A stretch of 64,000 nt of DNA from contig CM119373.1 of the NCBI GenBank assembly GCA_051294905.1, positions 28,892,001 through 28,956,000 of the forward strand, written 5' to 3'. The position numbers and the translations under genes were made by a program. Below are positions 58,310-64,000 of this stretch, piece by piece; positions within the stretch are counted from its first letter, which is position 1, and every line of letters begins with the position of its first letter. The DNA is from Botryllus schlosseri. Lineage: Eukaryota. Under the pieces are notes generated by a model. The model did no database searches. It had not been told where the DNA came from and saw only the letters and a program-made list of their open reading frames with translations.

Positions 58310-60760
58310 TGCATCATTTTCCGAATAAAATGGAATTCTTCTCGCAGCTTAGCTTTCTCGTTTATTAGACTGCCGTCCAAGTCTTATAAAAGTGACTACG
58401 CGACCGAATTAACAAAACGGAAACAAACAAAACGAATAAACACTCCGGATTCAAAGTATATAGTTTATTAGGATGGATTTTCTTTTTAAAATCGAAACGA
58501 TCTCAAGGTGCTGACGATGCTTTTTTGTCGGCATCATTGATCCTCGGACGATGAATATTGACAAATCATACATATGCCTCAGGAATATCAATGCTGAAAA
58601 TCACTTGGAAAACAATATGTCGGTTAACAAACAAACACTCACCATCTCAATGGTCACTCATGTCATTTATTGCATTTGAAAAACGCTCTATACAGATGTA
58701 ACGTGAAAGATTTGTGCGTCGGAATGTCGTAGTAACAAATGGTTTATTGTGGGTAGCATCCTAATGAATATAATATAATTACAAATATAGACGACTTCAT
58801 ATGAATTACAGTACCGCCCCAGCATTTGAGGTAATACAATTATACTTATATTTTTATATTACAGCACTTATACTGCTGTATTGCGTCTGCATGAAAAAAA
58901 GACCTAGCACTCGATCTGAATTCATAAATTATGAACACTATGGTTCACGCAAACTCAAAAGTTGGATTTGAATAATTAGTTTTTAGATGTATATACAGAA
59001 ACACCACTAATATAACACAATACTAATAGATTGCATTGCATTATTACACATTGATTGCACATGCATCACTACATTTGAAAGCGTATACATCTACTGCGTC
59101 CATTACTTCGTTGCTACCAATGCGACCGGCTATGGCATAGCTCCCTCCAATTTGTATGGATAAGTTGACGCTATGGGTAACTTAGCCGTCTGTGGATTAG
59201 TATTTTGTTGTTGCCAGTATTGATTAGCATGACCATAAGTTGACGGTACGTTAAAAGGTGCGTTTGCCTGCTGGGCCAGGGTTATTTGGGGATGTACGTT
59301 CTCTGGAACTGCCACGTAACGCGCGCCGCCGTAGCATAGTACAGCGTGCGATATGCACGTTATCATTAGGACTGAAGTTAGCACTGCCATCAAGGCGTGG
59401 AATGACACTAAACGCGCAGAGATTATTGAAGATTCTGCGGCTCTTATACCAGACAGCACAACCGCAGAAAACGCATCCATCGCACATATTATGGCGATTG
59501 CTAAATTTGTAACGTGAGCGGATTTTGTTGGCCGTGATTTCAAACGTACACCAACACATCCAGTGGCTATAGCGACTGTTCCGCACCAAATGAATGGTGA
59601 ATAGGTGAAAAGGTTTATAGTAATTGTATATGAGCCAACGCCGAGGCTCTCAAAGAATTTGGCGTAGTCGGCAAACGCTACCACCACGGTCACAATGCCA
59701 ACAGCAATCACCAACACTGCCAATACTATTTCGGCGACTCCCAATGCCCGAACTTTGCTCGTGTGTCGGACAAGACGTTCTCCGATTTGAGTGGATTCTT
59801 GAATTTGTCCGTGGATTTCTGGATGGACAGACATTCTTTATTGCTTTTCTAACAGAATAATAAACTTAAAGTCTGCACAAATCGGTAAGGGGCAGCAGTG
59901 AATTCAAGGAGATATATGCTGCCTGACGATACTATAGTATATACAGACCCTGTCTAGTGTCTATACTCAGACTGAACGATTTATCATAGTCTGATTGCTT
60001 AGAAATAATAATGGATTTTCATGGCTACAACAATTTTCTGAAACGCGGATAATTGTAACATGAAGGTCGAACAAACAATAAAAATCGAAAAGTAACGGGA
60101 GTTTAAGATAGCTCATATACCATATTCAGCATTAGAGCGGGTGCTATAAGTTGTCAAGAGAAGCCAAATCTCATCGAACTAGCACTGCGCTACTGACAAT
60201 ATCTAAAATAAGGATGGGCTAGGCCATTGGATTGCATATTTAATATAGTCGATACCATTCCAATTATAGGTAGGCCTACGTATTTGTATATTCCTTACGC
60301 AACACAAATACTCTAATGTCCAAGTGGTATATTAGATTACGATATCTGAAAGCCTGCTATGATATATGAGAATATATCCTATACTAGAGGAAGGTGCGTG
60401 ACAAAACGCAAATCTTAACCCGGTTGTATTAAATTGGCCAAACAGGTAGAAGTGTCCCCTCTTATGAATATTGATATTCGTCGGTAAATCACACAATAAA
60501 CTTTGAACGCTACTGTATATTGTTTGCACAGTTCAAACTCTATGATTCTAAATTAAATTGAATCGTTTATCAAGTAGCCTACTGCAGGAGATTTTGAAAC
60601 CTGCTAGTTAGTCACGCGAGCAAGTTGTAGCATGCAACCATACTACAACCCTCTCAACAGACAGAGCAAACGCTAGCTAACTTCTCGAGGATGACACACC
60701 ACAGAGTTCAAGGTATCCATATTTCTTTGGCGATTAATACATTCATCAATCATGCAATTA
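58310..60760. repeat. Duplicated ~2.4-kb block containing gene G; paralog at 40790-43140
   Basis: Collinear similarity across flanks and CDS. Confidence 0.8.
59130..59834 (-). CDS. CD20/MS4A-like four-TM protein G, 234 aa, intronless CDS, most complete copy
   Basis: LGVAEIVLAVLVIAVG; SPFIWCGTVAIATGCVG; HAVLCYGG; tail ending IASTYPYKLEGAMP. Confidence 0.85.
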   Translation of the reverse strand: MSVHPEIHGQIQESTQIGERLVRHTSKVRALGVAEIVLAVLVIAVGIVTVVVAFADYAKFFESLGVGSYTITINLFTYSPFIWCGTVAIATGCVGVRLKSRPTKSAHVTNLAIAIICAMDAFSAVVLSGIRAAESSIISARLVSFHALMAVLTSVLMITCISHAVLCYGGARYVAVPENVHPQITLAQQANAPFNVPSTYGHANQYWQQQNTNPQTAKLPIASTYPYKLEGAMP

Positions 60761-61261
60761 GATTGATGTCATTCAAATATAATCAAATCATGTAAGGCCT
60801 AGACTGATTTGTCAGTTTTGAATCTATTTATCATGGTTTTATTGGCTGTATGCAGAACATCAGATGATCCTGTATACACAATGATCTTGTACTGGACGAT
60901 CACCGCCCTTGCATGATAAAATTGAATTATAAGGCTACCGGAGATGAAGCACCACAAATTACCAATTGACACGTTGAAGTTGTATAAAGATGTGCCAATC
61001 GTTGATTGCATTTGTGCTTGGTATAAACGCTCATGTTCGTGTGTCGGTATGCGAACCCCCATAACCTGACGGTTCGCGTTCGCAAAAAAACCTAGGTAGG
61101 TTGTATATGTTATGTTTTGGCCAAACTATAATTAATTACTGGACCATAGAGATATCTTTAACTAGTTCCCGCTCACTGTATATATTTTTTAAAGGAAAAA
61201 CTACTTACCATTTACACTTTCGAGCTTGGCTGTGGAGAGTAGTTTGTCGGTAAGTGTGCAT

Positions 61262-62241
61262 TAGGGATTGTAGAAACGTCAGGTTCACGTTCGCGTTCTG
61301 TGCGTGAACCTCGAAAATTTAGAGGTTCACGTTCACAAACGAACCTTTTTGATGTATTACAATTTTCACTTCATTATAACATCTTGGGCTGAAATTTATC
61401 GCGTTTTGAATGCGGGCCACTCTATGCATGACGCTGGCTGCATAAAAAATATCAATACCAATCAAGCATGCACCTTGATCATCGCAAAGATTTTACTTGT
61501 TTTGTTTGCTCAAAATATCCAGCTTCCCGTTTATGAATATTTAGTGACTCTCTGCTGTAAGGTTGACCTGCAATCAAACATCATCAAGAGAGAAATACAC
61601 TATACTTGTAGGTACGCAGCGAATGATGCTTATGATATCTATTTCACAAATTCATATCGTTGTGTGATGTAAAAAATCTAGCAGGCGTACGGGGTCAATC
61701 TTGATTCCATAACTTTATTGCACCATAAAAACCAATCTCGTGCGGATGGGGTGTTAATTACTGCTGTATAACTTGTTAGTAGGGTAATACCGGTAGCAAG
61801 CATAGATACTCGTTTTACACTCTGCTGAATATCAACGTAGTAATACTCAGACGCCGAATACATTGTCCGGTGTGGCCTAGACCGTTAAGGCGTAAGTTTA
61901 TATTCCTTTGCAAGTCCTAGTCGAAATTGTTAGCGAAGCGACGGAATATATTGATTTATGGGATTATTAATATATCATTTAATTTCCCCGGTTGATACAT
62001 TTTGTGACGTTTGAAACGTCAATATATAGGCCTACTTCAGCATTGTGGCTTTATCTGGCTCGGGTCGTAGCTGGGTATCGTGTCCCGGTGTACATTAATA
62101 TAGGCTATCACTTCACCGAAATGTAGGGTTGGAATTAACAATATGACGTCACGTGACGTCATAATGCTCACGTTCTCACACAGAACCTTTCAAAATGGTT
62201 CGCGTTCGCATGAACCTTAATGTGGTTTACAACATCCCCTA
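61262..62241. mobile_element. TAGGGATG-TIR MITE
   Basis: Ends tagggattg / catccccta; tgtgca on both flanks; body homologous to 6931-7880. Confidence 0.8.
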
Positions 62242-64000
62242 TGTGCACCATATTCTCGAATGAAATTATGAGGAACGGCCTAATCATATATTGTGAAGGA
62301 TTTCATACCATCATGCCATCCAGTATACAGATAATGCTGTTGGAAGAGGAGTGCTGCTGTAGTGAAAAAAAAAGAAATTCCAGCAATTTGAAATAGGCTG
62401 TCGAAGATTATGGAATGATTGCGTTCGCCACAGCGAGGTGGACTGATATCTCTGACGGAAATAGAACCAAGGTACACCCGCTCTCTGATCACTTTGCATA
62501 TTGAAGCAAGCTCTCAAAGATGTGGAAAATTAGGATCCAGTAGCTTACTCAAAAAACTAAGAACTGGAAATCTGGCAATTTCAGTTAGTCAAAGGAGTCT
62601 CTTCTTACACCGATCGACATCAAGTTATCCTTCTTTAGCAGCATCCAATGCTACCAGTGAGTGACTATTTACGACATAGGGTGCAATGCGATTACAAAGA
62701 AAATCTGATTGGTGGTACAAAACTTGAAGACGGCGTTCAACAGTAAATTCATATTTATTGACTCGAAGAACTTTTCGCGTGCCTCTTATCAAGAGCAACC
62801 GGCACGATAAAGAATACAGAACAGAGAGGGATTCAAAACCAAATGACGAATTGTGACGCAATAATGAAAATTATACATAACATGAATTGAAATTCAACCA
62901 TAGCCACAATGCGGCGTATATAGCAACAAGCAACTTGAAGAAGTAGTGCCCGTGAGAAATAACATACAAATACAATGAGACGATGCAGCAACGCAGAAAA
63001 ACTGTACAAAAACACGGACGAACAGCTAAGCAACGACAACTAGTGTGATACTTTAAGAACATACAAAAATTCTTTCTGGCGACGAAGGGCCTGGTTGTTC
63101 AGTTTGATGAAAGTGAATTCCAAAGCTGTTAAATGAAATATGGATCTACCCCTGGATAAAACTGAAAACATGCCGTCTGAATAGTTTGAGGCGCAAGACG
63201 GTTTGTCGATCTAATGCTGGCCAATTGAAGAATTGCATGCCAACACTTGGCTGTACGATTGGGATTTTAATGTGTGTTTCTGTTTACATTGCTGAGTGAC
63301 ATTTTCGGAATCAGGAGACTGCGATGCCGATCTTATCCCTTTAGGACAGTGGTTCTCAACCTTTTTGACCTCGCGGCACCCTTTGCAAATGAAAAATAGT
63401 TCGCGGCACACCATCACGGTGGTTCTGAACTTTTTTGGCTTACGGCGCCTACAAACTACCAGAATAGGCCTACTTATTACCGCCCAGTAGTAACGCCGAC
63501 TAATGTGACTAATTCTGCAGTCAATCCAAAATGTTTCTGTGCTCCCCCTTTTTAAATAAACTAAAAGTAAACTTTTGTACGAAGAGCGTCTACCATCTAG
63601 CTTACTAAGCCGTGATAGAAACTCGTCGTTTTCTTCGGGCCAGAATATCGTTCCTTCGTGATTACAACAAACAAGGGGTCATTTTGATATAGGCCTACGA
63701 CCTCACAGAAACTTGAGGCTGCCTTAGACACGATTTCATAAGATTTGTTTGACAATAAATCTGCCCACTGTCGTATTGGGTTGAAGAGGTAAAGGACGAC
63801 CGCCGCTAACGAATACTGTGACGTTGAGGTGCAGGCTATGCAATGCATTTTCACGCAGATCGTGTAGCACGCTTGAGGATGGCCACTCCTCAATAGTTCT
63901 ACTGACAAATACCCGCAGTTCAATTATACTTCCAACAAACCAAGATTATAGCCTCAGCGGCGTAGCGAAGAGGTTTTTTACCCGATTTAATTTGGTCAAC

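Noticed and set aside
62400-62860. Possible Ulp1-like protease remnant (DYGMIAFATA)
   Set aside because: One short motif among many stops; not enough to support a call.

Overview
This is eukaryotic, animal-like DNA, probably from an invertebrate; the organism cannot be identified from the sequence. I found no prokaryotic genes, rRNA, true tRNA or CRISPR array. The main host content is a dispersed cluster of CD20/MS4A-like four-TM genes with intronless coding regions. Three have open ORFs (36235-36852 +, 41598-42269 -, 59130-59834 -). Two are pseudogenes that reassemble in frame once their TE insertions are removed (10315-12668 -, 37647-39179 -), and one is a 3' remnant (~54.4-54.8 kb). A second, unidentified family of degenerate minus-strand ORFs lies at ~3.1-3.8 kb and ~15.0-15.7 kb. 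The rest is densely nested transposons. One is a complete, very young 6656-bp BEL/Pao LTR retrotransposon with identical 392-bp LTRs, a CATGC TSD and a 1900-aa ORF. There are also many hAT-type MITEs with 8-bp TSDs, a near-perfect 619-bp palindromic MITE, a Mutator-type foldback, a probable EnSpm element, tRNA-derived SINEs and I-group LINE 3' fragments. A Penelope-like fragment carries a minimal hammerhead ribozyme. The strongest leads are: (1) the BEL element has no tRNA-type PBS, and the 10 nt after its 5' LTR are complementary to its own LTR, suggesting self-priming; (2) its Gag begins with a SAP-like domain and its protease motif is D-S-L; (3) a 90-bp hammerhead-only insertion with an 11-bp TSD; (4) a LINE and a SINE with the same 3' tail inserted at one target site; (5) the MS4A-like birth-and-death cluster.
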